A DNA stretch of 64,000 nucleotides, taken from a bacterium. GTDB lineage: Bacteria > Patescibacteriota > Minisyncoccia > Phycocordibacterales > UBA6899. Under the pieces are notes generated by a model. That model did no database searches. It worked only from the letters and a program-made list of their open reading frames with translations, and was not told the origin of the DNA. Shown here piece by piece: positions 37,365-46,424 of the stretch. The stretch spans positions 91,259-155,258 of the forward strand of contig JAYUQG010000024.1 of NCBI GenBank assembly GCA_043756865.1, in the 5' to 3' direction. The translations under genes and the position numbers were made by a program. The stretch's first letter is position 1. The number at the start of each line of letters is the position of its first letter.

Positions 37365-37790
37365 ATGATTATGACGCCAGAAAATTTAATAAACATAATA
37401 AGTATCGGAGGGGCACTACTAGGTGTTGTTGTTGGAGCACTCCTTAATCACTTTCTAGAAAAAGATAGAAATAAAGACTCTTTAATCTTAAATAAGAAAA
37501 TTGATATTTACTCCTCCCTGTTAGTTAAATTAAATACAGTATTTCAAGACAGTGAGAAAAATATTCTTAATGACCCACTCTTTGAAACAACAATCAGAAC
37601 AACCCTTGCACAATCATTGTCAGAAGCTCGCCTAATAGCTGATGCAAAATTAGAACAGAAACTCAGGGACTACTATGATGAAGCAGTGCTTTTTTGGGAG
37701 AATAAAAAGTACGACAACACCATGCCTAATTTAGTTATTGAGATTGAGCAGTTGATGCGAATTGAGCTAGGAAAAGAACGTCTGCATTAA
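37365..37790 (+). CDS. hypothetical protein with one N-terminal TM helix and a helical C-terminal domain
   Basis: It is a 141 aa A+T-rich ORF. No family was recognised. Confidence 0.5.
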   Translation: MIMTPENLINIISIGGALLGVVVGALLNHFLEKDRNKDSLILNKKIDIYSSLLVKLNTVFQDSEKNILNDPLFETTIRTTLAQSLSEARLIADAKLEQKLRDYYDEAVLFWENKKYDNTMPNLVIEIEQLMRIELGKERLH

Positions 37791-37894
37791 TCATTTTGCT
37801 GAGCGCCGAAATGACTTCTTTCAAATCGCCTTATATATCATTATTGGCTTAATGGGGGAAAGTAGGACGCAGGGGGCTGCGGTAAAACCACGAA

Positions 37895-38614
37895 GTGAAA
37901 AGAAGTATCGATCCAATGAAAAACGAAAAAATTAACTCAAAAATCATCGCTCTGTGGAACAAGTATTTTCAGAATGACACTGAGGTGTACGCACCGATGT
38001 TCTACGATGACTTCAAGCGGGGCGGGTTATTGTTTGTCGGCATGAACCCGTCATTTAGCGAGCGAGGATTCAAGACGATCTTGAAAGGCACAAAGTATGA
38101 GAAGATTGACCCCACTTCGTTTTTCAGGTGGAGTAATATTTCCTCAAACCCTGATCTTATCAGCGACTGTATTGCGGTCGAGACCCATGCGTACGAGAAT
38201 TACAAACCCTTCTTTGCTCGTCCTGTTGCGATCGCAAAAGAAGTCGGGCTTGATTGGCAACACATTGATCTATTTCTTTATAAAGAAACATCGCAGGCAG
38301 ATTTCAAGAAACGCATTAAGGATGGTGACTTGCTGAATCAATTTGCACTCGAGCAAATCGCGCTCTTTGAGGAGGTGCTCCTTGCGATTGAGCCGAAGTG
38401 CATCATCGTTGCGAACGCATTCGGCTCCGAGCTTCTCCGTGAACACATCAAGAATGACCTCTTGTGGGATAAAGAGCGGGGATTTCACTGGTTCACCAAA
38501 GGAGGACGAAAGATTCCCATGCTCTTTTCCTCCATGCTTAGTGGGCAAAGAGCACTTGATCGGTGGTCGTATGAACGCTTGAAATGGCACGTTGGGCAGG
38601 CGGTAAAATCATGA
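37895..38614 (+). CDS. hypothetical protein with weak uracil-DNA-glycosylase-superfamily-like motifs
   Basis: LLFVGMNPSF resembles the GxNPG/GMNPG motif of MUG/SMUG-type enzymes. ...MLFSSMLSGQRA resembles the PSxSxxN/R-type second motif. This is motif-level only. The start is GTG 37895 or ATG 37916. Confidence 0.5.
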   Translation: MKRSIDPMKNEKINSKIIALWNKYFQNDTEVYAPMFYDDFKRGGLLFVGMNPSFSERGFKTILKGTKYEKIDPTSFFRWSNISSNPDLISDCIAVETHAYENYKPFFARPVAIAKEVGLDWQHIDLFLYKETSQADFKKRIKDGDLLNQFALEQIALFEEVLLAIEPKCIIVANAFGSELLREHIKNDLLWDKERGFHWFTKGGRKIPMLFSSMLSGQRALDRWSYERLKWHVGQAVKS

Positions 38615-39321
38615 AAATTATGACAGGAATATTTTTTTCACATCCACATACACTTTCAGATCAAGTAGGTAAAATCTTGGAAAGAGTTGGTCCTCAGAAA
38701 TTCTTTTCAAGTTCTGACAAAGAAGTGAAGAAAGCACAAGAAGGATTCGCGGCATATTTCTTCACTCTTACTTTAAAGAAATACACAGGAAGAGACTGGT
38801 GGTTAGCTCAATACGATCAAGCGGCTCGGTCTTATCCAGATTTTAATTTTATATCATTCGCCGAAAATCCTGGCGATATAAAGATGGAACCAGTAGAACT
38901 AACTGGTATTTATCCTCATTTCAAAACTTTTGATGAGGCCTTAAGAGTTGTTGAAAATAAAAAGAAGAAATATGGATCTGAGCCAGTGAATTTTAGTCTG
39001 CTGGTATTTGTTAATCACGAAAAAAGCGAAGAGTGGATTAATCTGCTAAGGGAGAAAGTGAGTAGCGAGCATCCATTCCTAAGTATTTGGACTATACACT
39101 TGAGATTCAAGAAGGGTGGAAAGGAAGTTGGTAAGTCGGTCGCCCAAAGCATACCCCCCTTGCCATGGCTGAGGATTGAAGCAGATACTGATGATTCAGA
39201 AGTGCACAAGCGCCAGCCGCTCCCATCCTATATGGAAGAGCATCATGAAGGAAGGAATACTTACGTCACATTCAAACCCGAGTTTCTTGATAAGATCAGG
39301 TCGTTGCAAAAAAGTGCCTAG
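38611..39321 (+). CDS. hypothetical protein, translationally coupled to the preceding gene
   Basis: ATG 38611 overlaps the upstream TGA (ATGA). The protein is 236 aa. No family was recognised. Confidence 0.5.
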   Translation: MKIMTGIFFSHPHTLSDQVGKILERVGPQKFFSSSDKEVKKAQEGFAAYFFTLTLKKYTGRDWWLAQYDQAARSYPDFNFISFAENPGDIKMEPVELTGIYPHFKTFDEALRVVENKKKKYGSEPVNFSLLVFVNHEKSEEWINLLREKVSSEHPFLSIWTIHLRFKKGGKEVGKSVAQSIPPLPWLRIEADTDDSEVHKRQPLPSYMEEHHEGRNTYVTFKPEFLDKIRSLQKSA

Positions 39322-39806
39322 TTTGTTGGTGCTGTAAGAATATCCCCGAATGGCTTCACTGTACGGTATTTGTTGTAAATGAGGCAGAGACAGAGACGGG
39401 TGTTTTGTGTCTTATCTGTAGCATTCACAAAATGACCCCAGTGACCGAGACGCCTAGTTACAAGAGTAGAAGGGGTGGTAAGATATCCGTATAAGGTCTT
39501 GCCCTACATGTTTGAGACCGAGATAGTCAGCTATCAACAATAGGTTCGGCTGACCGAGTGCTATCAGAACTGGAAATTTAAAGATTCACTCAATTCCATC
39601 CCGACATACCGGCTGAGTGCCGTATCTAGAAACTCAAAGTCGCTCAATGGGCGACTTTGAGTTTGAGTTGTAGAATAGGTCTGTAATCTATAGGATATAC
39701 AAATGTCAGTCAAACTCATTCTGAAGAGATAGTCCGCTTCTTGAAAACCACAGAGCCGGAAGCCATTTGTATTAGGGGTGAATAGGGTGTCAGATTTGCA
39801 ACTTTC

Positions 39807-39835
39807 GGTTCGAATCCCTGAAGCATTACCTCCAC
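39807..39835 (+). repeat. degenerate copy of the tRNA-Gln T-arm/3' flank (possible distal island boundary)
   Basis: ggttcgaatccctga matches tRNA 35968-35982 ggttcgagtccctga at 14/15. It is followed by ..ttacctccac, compared with ..ttaccacac after the tRNA. Confidence 0.4.
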
Positions 39836-39933
39836 GGAATTGCACTGTACTTTCACCTTTTTTTATATTGCCTTGCGTTTTGTGCAGATATTGATAGTTT
39901 GAGCAGTATTATTTATCAACGCACGGCTTCTTT

Positions 39934-42681
39934 ATGCGTAAACTCGTCACCGTCTTATTCCTCGCCCTCACGCTTTTAGCTATCTCTCTGCCCACTGCGT
40001 TTGCAGCCTTCCCTGTTTTTCCTCCGACACTCAATAAAAGTCCCGACGCTGGGTATGCGGATGATTCAGTGAGCAGTGGAGTGGTGCCGAACATTGGTAC
40101 AACGAGTGCTACAGTCTTCACCTTTAAGGTGCTGTATGCACAGTCACAGAATCGTGAGCCATGGGACATTAATCTTGTTGTCACTGATGGAACAACCACT
40201 GCAATTCATGCGATGAATCATGATGTGGGTGCGAATGATCCAATATTACGCGATGGGAATTATGCGAATGGGGAACAGTACATCTTCGCTGCAACGCTCA
40301 CTCCAGGCATGTGGCAATACCACTTTGAAAGCGATTTCGGCGCACAACTTCCGGGAGCGGGGGAGTGGGATTTCACAGTGAGTGTCGATACGACTCCTTC
40401 GAAGTGTGGGGTGGATTGTTACTCAAATGTGCTTTTCCTGCCTGGACTTGAGGCGAGCAGATTATTTTGGACAGATCCAAATTGCATTTTCCTCAATTGC
40501 GAAAACCAACTATGGCTTGCCAATAGTGATACAGATGCAAAACAACTCTACCTTAATTCAAACGGCACAAGCATATTGAATGACATTTATACGAGTGTTG
40601 AACGAGGTGCGATCGACGAGGCGGCGATTCCTGTGGCGGGCACAAATATATATAAAACTTTTCTCAATAGTCTCAGTGAATGGAAGAATGAAGAGCATCT
40701 TATTGCCGACTACGCAGTAGCACCGTATGACTGGAGATTGTCAGTTGATGATGTGCTCACGAAGGGAATAAAAAACGGAGACAATATTTATTATGGTGGC
40801 GCGAGCGGGACATATATTCTTGATGAACTTTTACGCATGGCGTCCACGTCGAAAACGCAAAAAGTTACAATTGTTGCGCACTCAAATGGTGGATTAGTTG
40901 CAAAACAGTTAATGCTGAAGCTCCGCGAGCTAGGCAAGGAGGACTTGATTGACAGGCTCATTCTCGTCGCTGTTCCACAGGTTGGAACACCAAAGGCAGT
41001 CGGTGGACTACTTCACGGAACAGATCTTGGTCTCCCGTTCATTCTTGATGAGGAGCACGCTCGAACTCTTGGCGAGAATATGCCGAGTGCCTATGCATTG
41101 ATGCCATCTCAGAAATATTTCGAGACCATCAATCCGAATTCAATTACAAACAAACTCATTTCATTTACCGACTCACCGCTGTATGCGCCAGAGAGATCAC
41201 AGTACGGATTTTTGGTGAGCAACATGACGGAGCTTCGGGGCTATCTACTCGGCAGTGAAGGACGAACAGAGCCTGCCGATTCTGATCTCGATTCACCAAA
41301 TGTGCTGAAGTTCGAACTTCTCGATCAAGCATCATCAACCCATGCGCTACTCGATGAATGGCAACCTGCGAGTACGACCGAAGTGGTGCAAATTGGGGGA
41401 TGGGGAGAGAAAACCATATCCGGAGTCAGCTATTACACGGAACAACAACGTGATTGTGTGACTGTGCAGGGTCAGTTTGGCGCTAGTCACCAAGAGTGCG
41501 GTCCGTATTATGAGGTGAAAAAATACAAACCCAATTTTACGACAGAGGGCGATGGTACGGTGGTTGTTCCGAGTGCGCTTTGGATAGCGACAAGCACTTC
41601 GCAGGTTGAGAGGTATTGGGTGGATTTGAAAAAATACAATGATGAGAACATCGATAAAGACCACGCGAAAATACTGGAAGTGAGCACTCTCCTCGACTTC
41701 ATTAAGACCAAACTCACTAATGTGACGTCCTCACTCCCGAACTACATAGTAAACTCCGCATCGACGCTGAGCGACGCTCCAGACATAAAGTTTGTCTATA
41801 CACTCCACTCGCCGCTTTCGCTCAATCTCTACGACACTTTAGGAAATCATACGGGAATATCTACCACAACAGGTTACGTGGAGCAAAATATCTCAGGGTC
41901 TCGCTACGGCACATTCGGCGAAGTGAAGTATATTATTGCAAATGCCGATGTCGCTCAACATCTTGCGCTTCAGGGGTATGCGACAGGAACGTTCAGTTTG
42001 GATGTTGAAAAAGTACGTGGAGATATAATTCTCGCGAGCACCACCTTTGCTTCGGTGCCCGTATCTCCAAACACCATTGCGACATTCTCGCTTCCTGCAA
42101 ATGGTGACTTCTCATCTTCGACACCATTACGGGTTGACGTTGATGGAAATGGGGCAAATGATATCGTGCTCGTACCAGAGATTGGAGCAACTGTATATCC
42201 AGACTTCACTCCACCCGAAGCGATATTCTCATTTAATGCAATTACTAAAGATGTTGTGATTTTGGGGGAAGATAACGTTGGGACAACCTCAACACTAATC
42301 ACACCAACGTCGACCACCATCACTGACCAGTCGGGAAATACACTCAGCATCCCATTCATCAAGTTCAAAGAGAAGCCAACTAAATTAAAAATTGCATTCG
42401 ATACGTTAATTTATAACGGAGTAGCGACCGCAACACCATGGGTGACTATTGAGTATGAATGGGTGATTAAGAATAACGGCATGCTCCAGTCACTTTCACA
42501 GGATATTCGCATCAAGGGTGCGCGCCGTGTGACTGCAGACTATTCTTTGAGCAAGGGTGAAACCAAGATTATGGACAGAATCAGGGAGGATGGGGAAAAG
42601 AGTGTCACAAAAACTGTAAAAACGGGTGTAACCGTGCTTCCGCTGTCGACAAAAGCAGGAGCACTCGACGTGACGTATTGA
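39934..42681 (+). CDS. large secreted alpha/beta-hydrolase, LCAT-like (lecithin:cholesterol acyltransferase / phospholipase family)
   Basis: It has the signal peptide MRKLVTVLFLALTLLAISLPTAFA. LCAT-type motifs are FLPGLEASRLF and APYDWRLS, and the nucleophile elbow is VAHSNGG. The long C-terminal half is beta-rich and 915 aa in total. Confidence 0.7.
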   Translation: MRKLVTVLFLALTLLAISLPTAFAAFPVFPPTLNKSPDAGYADDSVSSGVVPNIGTTSATVFTFKVLYAQSQNREPWDINLVVTDGTTTAIHAMNHDVGANDPILRDGNYANGEQYIFAATLTPGMWQYHFESDFGAQLPGAGEWDFTVSVDTTPSKCGVDCYSNVLFLPGLEASRLFWTDPNCIFLNCENQLWLANSDTDAKQLYLNSNGTSILNDIYTSVERGAIDEAAIPVAGTNIYKTFLNSLSEWKNEEHLIADYAVAPYDWRLSVDDVLTKGIKNGDNIYYGGASGTYILDELLRMASTSKTQKVTIVAHSNGGLVAKQLMLKLRELGKEDLIDRLILVAVPQVGTPKAVGGLLHGTDLGLPFILDEEHARTLGENMPSAYALMPSQKYFETINPNSITNKLISFTDSPLYAPERSQYGFLVSNMTELRGYLLGSEGRTEPADSDLDSPNVLKFELLDQASSTHALLDEWQPASTTEVVQIGGWGEKTISGVSYYTEQQRDCVTVQGQFGASHQECGPYYEVKKYKPNFTTEGDGTVVVPSALWIATSTSQVERYWVDLKKYNDENIDKDHAKILEVSTLLDFIKTKLTNVTSSLPNYIVNSASTLSDAPDIKFVYTLHSPLSLNLYDTLGNHTGISTTTGYVEQNISGSRYGTFGEVKYIIANADVAQHLALQGYATGTFSLDVEKVRGDIILASTTFASVPVSPNTIATFSLPANGDFSSSTPLRVDVDGNGANDIVLVPEIGATVYPDFTPPEAIFSFNAITKDVVILGEDNVGTTSTLITPTSTTITDQSGNTLSIPFIKFKEKPTKLKIAFDTLIYNGVATATPWVTIEYEWVIKNNGMLQSLSQDIRIKGARRVTADYSLSKGETKIMDRIREDGEKSVTKTVKTGVTVLPLSTKAGALDVTY

Positions 42682-42709
42682 TTTAGGATTTGAGGTATAA
42701 TTAAAATGT

Positions 42710-43090
42710 ATGGAGATATTGCAAAAATCTAGTTTTAAGTTTTTCTTGACGACAGCCGTCTTGTTGGCTGCAGTCTTTTTGGTCGGAATTTTTACTGGCG
42801 CACACCTCATGAACTTAGATGGCACCCTCCAAACAGTGGGGTCTGTACTACTTTCCCTCTTCGTGTGTTCTTTTTTTGCGTTATTTGTGAAGCCAGAAGT
42901 ATTTAAGTCATGGCTACACTATATGTATTGGTGGATTGTTCCACTACTCTTCGCATACAGTCTCACATTAAGTCGTGGGGGCGGGTTCAGTGGCATTAAT
43001 CCTTGGGAACCCCTGTTTCCAATTTTTCTCTTTTTGTTTGTCCTCTCGACTCCGATTTATCTCTATATCAAATCTAAAAGGCTGAAATAG
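42710..43090 (+). CDS. hypothetical membrane protein (4 TM)
   Basis: The ORF lies 28 nt downstream of the hydrolase gene and is hydrophobic. Confidence 0.5.
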   Translation: MEILQKSSFKFFLTTAVLLAAVFLVGIFTGAHLMNLDGTLQTVGSVLLSLFVCSFFALFVKPEVFKSWLHYMYWWIVPLLFAYSLTLSRGGGFSGINPWEPLFPIFLFLFVLSTPIYLYIKSKRLK

Positions 43091-43423
43091 TGCGGAAAGA
43101 AATTAATAAAAAACGGCTTTATTACGAGGTCGTTTTGGAAAGAGGAGATTTTAATCCCTCAATTCCCCTCAGCTTGCTGGGGGGTATCCGCTAAGGAAGA
43201 GTTTGAGAAACCGCTGGTTTCTCAAGATGATTCAGAGCGGAGCTCCTATGATACCCCGCCGATACGGAGCGGTAGCGGAGTGAGGGTAGCAGCTTGCTGC
43301 GGGGAGCTTCATTATTCTCAGCGATCATCGTCTCGGGCTGTGTGTATTTTCTCGTGAGGAAGTAGGGAAAGGCCTATTATAAAAAGACGTGCACGTTTTT
43401 CCTCCCTTTCCTCTATACTCGAT

Positions 43424-44034
43424 ATGTCCCAACCCCCCTATCTTGCACCAACAGAAAATGGGTGTAAGTTTACTCATGCGATAAAAAAGAAATTCTCGCT
43501 TGCCTCTGGAGCACTCATGATTCTCGGTGGGTTATTCACTGCAGAGGGTTGCCATAGCGGCGGGTGGTTCGCCGTTTGACCGACTTGCGGCTGCACTCGG
43601 AGAGCTGCGGAGAGACCTCTCCAGCCTCGAAGTGTGCATTAACAACTTGGTACTTGTACCCGGTCCGCAGGGACCTCGAGGTATTCAGGGAGAGGTTGGA
43701 CCGCAGGGTTTACAGGGTGCTCCTGGTACACAGGGAGCGGTCGGTCGACTGATTACTTACCGTGTGACCTTACCATTCGCCGACATCGCGCTTAATTCTT
43801 CGGCTGCTGCAATCGCAAGGTGCGAACGCGGTGACCAGATACTCTGGTGGGTACTTCCTTCAGGGCTCGACTACTCAGATAGTGGACACAAGGCCTGACT
43901 ATATGGATTGGAACGGAACAAGTTTCGTCGAAGGATGGAAAGTCGTAGGTAGCAATACGAATCCTCCGGCAGGAATTCCCTCAAGCATCGGACTCATTGC
44001 CGCATACGCGCTGTGTAATGACGCCACGCCGTAG
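43424..44034 (+). pseudogene. collagen-like triple-helix-repeat surface protein disrupted by two +1 frameshifts
   Basis: Frame 1 (43424-43579) encodes MSQPPYLAPTENGCKFTHAIKKKFSLASGALMILGGLFTAEG..., a signal anchor. Frame 2 (to 43898) encodes GPQGPRGIQGEVGPQGLQGAPGTQGAVG. Frame 3 (43831-44034) encodes a globular C-terminal domain. Confidence 0.6.
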
Positions 44035-44178
44035 TCTTGCTCGTTTATCAAAAAAACCGCTACTTGGCGTTGCCGCTCGAAGACTCACTTTTTTTGCGCG
44101 CTTTGCGCGGTAGATACAAAAAGCCATCACGTGGTTTTTTGGTAACACGGTCTCTATGTATTTTGCTAGAATACATTA

Positions 44179-44529
44179 ATGGAAAAACACCGTATCTACA
44201 CAATGAGCTTTGCTAGTGTTTATCCATTGTATGTCGCCAAGGCAGAGAAAAAGGGGCGTACGAAAAAAGAGGTGGATGAGGTCATCCGTTGGCTGACGAG
44301 GTACAGCCAGAAAGAATTGGGCACGCAACTGAAAAAACAAACAGACTTCGAGACGTTTTTTGGTGAGGCACCCGAAATGAATCCTGCGCGAGCATTAATT
44401 ACCGGTGTTATTTGTGGTGTGCGATTAGAAGATATTGAGGAAGCGCTTATGCGCGAAATCCGTTATCTGGATAAACTTATCGACGAGCTGGCTAAGGGGC
44501 GTACGATGGAGAGGATTTTGCGAAAGTAA
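44179..44529 (+). CDS. DUF2200 family protein
   Basis: The N-terminus [36 protein letters not shown] is characteristic of the family. Confidence 0.75.
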   Translation: MEKHRIYTMSFASVYPLYVAKAEKKGRTKKEVDEVIRWLTRYSQKELGTQLKKQTDFETFFGEAPEMNPARALITGVICGVRLEDIEEALMREIRYLDKLIDELAKGRTMERILRK

Positions 44530-44577
44530 CACATCATCAGATGATGGAGTCACCAAGCTAAATGTTACAATTCCAAT

Positions 44578-44967
44578 ATGACAAAAAATAAAACAAAGTA
44601 TGTCGACGGGTTCGTGCTTATTGTTCCTCAAAAAAATGTAGCAGCTTACAAAAAAATGGCACAGAGTGCAGGGAAAATGTGGATGCGCTGTGGCGCTCTT
44701 GAGTACGTGGAATGTATGGGAGACGACATGTATCCACCATCCATGGGCATGCAGTCACTCACTTTTCCTAAATTGGCAAACGCGAAAAAGGGCGAGACGG
44801 TGTGGTTCTCCTACATTACGTACAAGTCTCGTGCGCATCGTGATCAGGTGAACAAAAAAGTATACGCAGAAATGAATAAAGTTGCTGCAAAGTACAAGAA
44901 CATGAAGATGCCCTTTGACATGAAGAAAATGGCATTCGGAGGCTTTAAGGTGATGGTACACAACTAA
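44578..44967 (+). CDS. DUF1428 family protein
   Basis: YVDGFVLIVPQKNVAAYKKMAQSAGKMWMRCGALEYVECMGDD matches the DUF1428 pattern. Confidence 0.75.
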   Translation: MTKNKTKYVDGFVLIVPQKNVAAYKKMAQSAGKMWMRCGALEYVECMGDDMYPPSMGMQSLTFPKLANAKKGETVWFSYITYKSRAHRDQVNKKVYAEMNKVAAKYKNMKMPFDMKKMAFGGFKVMVHN

Positions 44968-44972
44968 TCTCT

Positions 44973-45380
44973 ATGCCGAAATCAGTCACAAAGTTACACG
45001 CAGACATCGAAGCATACAACAAGGCACAGTCTCGTGACGACAAAGCGATTTGCGTCATGTTGGCAGAAGAGATAATGCACAATCTTCCCGATGCTGAAAA
45101 TAAAATCTGGCACAGGCATCCTGTATGGTTTCTGGATGGAAATCCTGTTGTGGGGTATAGCAAGCTGAAGGATTCCGTCCGTCTCCTGTTTTGGAGCGGG
45201 CAGTCTTTTGATGAAGCGGGTTTAACGAATGAGGGAAGTTTTAAGGCAGCGGACATGCGCTATACGGAACTGTCACAGATAAACAAAAAAGACCTCAAGC
45301 GCTGGCTAAGGAAATCCGAGGATATTCAATGGGACTACAAAAACATTGTCAAAAGAAAGGGTGTGCTGATTAGATTGTAA
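44973..45380 (+). CDS. DUF1801 (YdhG-like) domain protein
   Basis: The pattern ...NKIWHRHPVWFLDGNPVVGYSKLKDSVRLLFWSGQSF is present. Confidence 0.65.
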   Translation: MPKSVTKLHADIEAYNKAQSRDDKAICVMLAEEIMHNLPDAENKIWHRHPVWFLDGNPVVGYSKLKDSVRLLFWSGQSFDEAGLTNEGSFKAADMRYTELSQINKKDLKRWLRKSEDIQWDYKNIVKRKGVLIRL

Positions 45381-45482
45381 GCAGCGTTGTGGGTGCATAA
45401 TAACTTCAATATTTGCGAGGGAAAAATTTTGACAACCAGCCGTACGTATTCAAGACGGGAATTCTTTTGATATAATTAGTGC

Positions 45483-45830
45483 ATGCCTGATTTCGTCGTG
45501 AATACGTTTATTTCACTCGAGTCCAACGAACTGAGTGGAATTACATTGCTTGCAGCATTGGGGATCGTGTTTGTATTTTTTTGTTATTGGGGGATGCGAC
45601 TACTTCTGCCTTTGTTCCAAACAAATAAGCTACATATTTCAAAAAGACAAAAAATGATTTATGCATGGGGAGTCGTGGGTATTCTTTCACTTATTTTTTT
45701 AGGTATGATCAGAGAAAAGTTCCTTCCTTGGGTAGATAGCGATATCTTTATTTTCACATTCTCAGCAATTATTGTGTCGGGTTGTATCTATTTTTTGTTG
45801 AAGAAGGAGGATAAGACTATGCAAAAGTGA
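45483..45830 (+). CDS. hypothetical membrane protein (3 TM)
   Basis: The call rests on the ORF and its hydrophobic helices. Confidence 0.5.
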   Translation: MPDFVVNTFISLESNELSGITLLAALGIVFVFFCYWGMRLLLPLFQTNKLHISKRQKMIYAWGVVGILSLIFLGMIREKFLPWVDSDIFIFTFSAIIVSGCIYFLLKKEDKTMQK

Positions 45831-45980
45831 ACTACTGTTTATTCAACCATTCACTCGTTCTCCCTTACGTTTGCTTTAGCATGCACTACGGGACCACGTA
45901 AGATCTGGGGGTGTCACCATGCCCATTCCGCTTAATGATATATTCTGCTACTCTCATTTCATAAATCTAATTTTATACAC

Positions 45981-46424
45981 ATGGCACGCGTCAGCACTTA
46001 TCTCAATTTCACTCGTTCGACGGAAGAAGCATTCAATTTTTACCAGTCAATCTTTGGAGGTACGTTCACGGGCGGAATCGCACGACTCGGTGATGCGCCT
46101 GCACAAGAGGGCATGCCCCCACTTGCTGATGGAGACAAAAATCTCGTTATGCATGTTGCACTCCCGATTCTCGGCGGTCACGTACTCATGGGCACCGATG
46201 CTCCAGAATCACTGGGATTTAAAGTCAGCTTTGGGAACAATATCTATATTAACCTTGAGCCGGACACTCGTACCCAAACAAAGAAATTGTTTGATGCGTT
46301 GTCGCAAGGAGGTAAAATTGAAATGGAGTTACAGGAAATGTTTTGGGGAGACTACTATGGTTCATGCACGGACAAATATGGGGTGCACTGGATGTTTAAT
46401 TGTAGTACTGCCCTTTCCAAATAA
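45981..46424 (+). CDS. VOC (glyoxalase/PhnB-like) family protein
   Basis: MARVSTYLNFTRSTEEAFNFYQSIFGG...LVMHVAL...FWGDYYGSCTDKYGVHWMFN is the typical PhnB/3-demethylubiquinone-methyltransferase-like pattern. Confidence 0.8.
   Translation: MARVSTYLNFTRSTEEAFNFYQSIFGGTFTGGIARLGDAPAQEGMPPLADGDKNLVMHVALPILGGHVLMGTDAPESLGFKVSFGNNIYINLEPDTRTQTKKLFDALSQGGKIEMELQEMFWGDYYGSCTDKYGVHWMFNCSTALSK

Larger units (their letters stand above)
35990..39835. mobile_element. degraded integrative-element/genomic-island-like accessory segment next to tRNA-Gln (no recombinase present)
   Basis: Copies of the tRNA 3' end recur at 36030-36057 (inverted), 36169-36186 (18/18), 37318-37331 (14/14) and 39807-39821 (14/15). 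The region from about 36400 to 39900 is visibly A+T-rich, and its cargo is regulator, nuclease-like and unknown genes. Confidence 0.55.

Noticed and set aside
39781-39858. Possible tmRNA or tRNA 3' end (GGTTCGAATCC ... CCTCCA) followed by a T-run
   Set aside because: The T-stem cannot be paired without bulges. No acceptor partner, GGGG...TTCGAC 5' end or tag ORF was found. It is better explained as a degenerate copy of the tRNA-Gln 3' region.
43100-44034. Diversity-generating retroelement (template/variable repeat) around the collagen-like gene
   Set aside because: No reverse transcriptase ORF exists in the window. I saw no similarity between the upstream non-coding stretch and the gene's 3' end.
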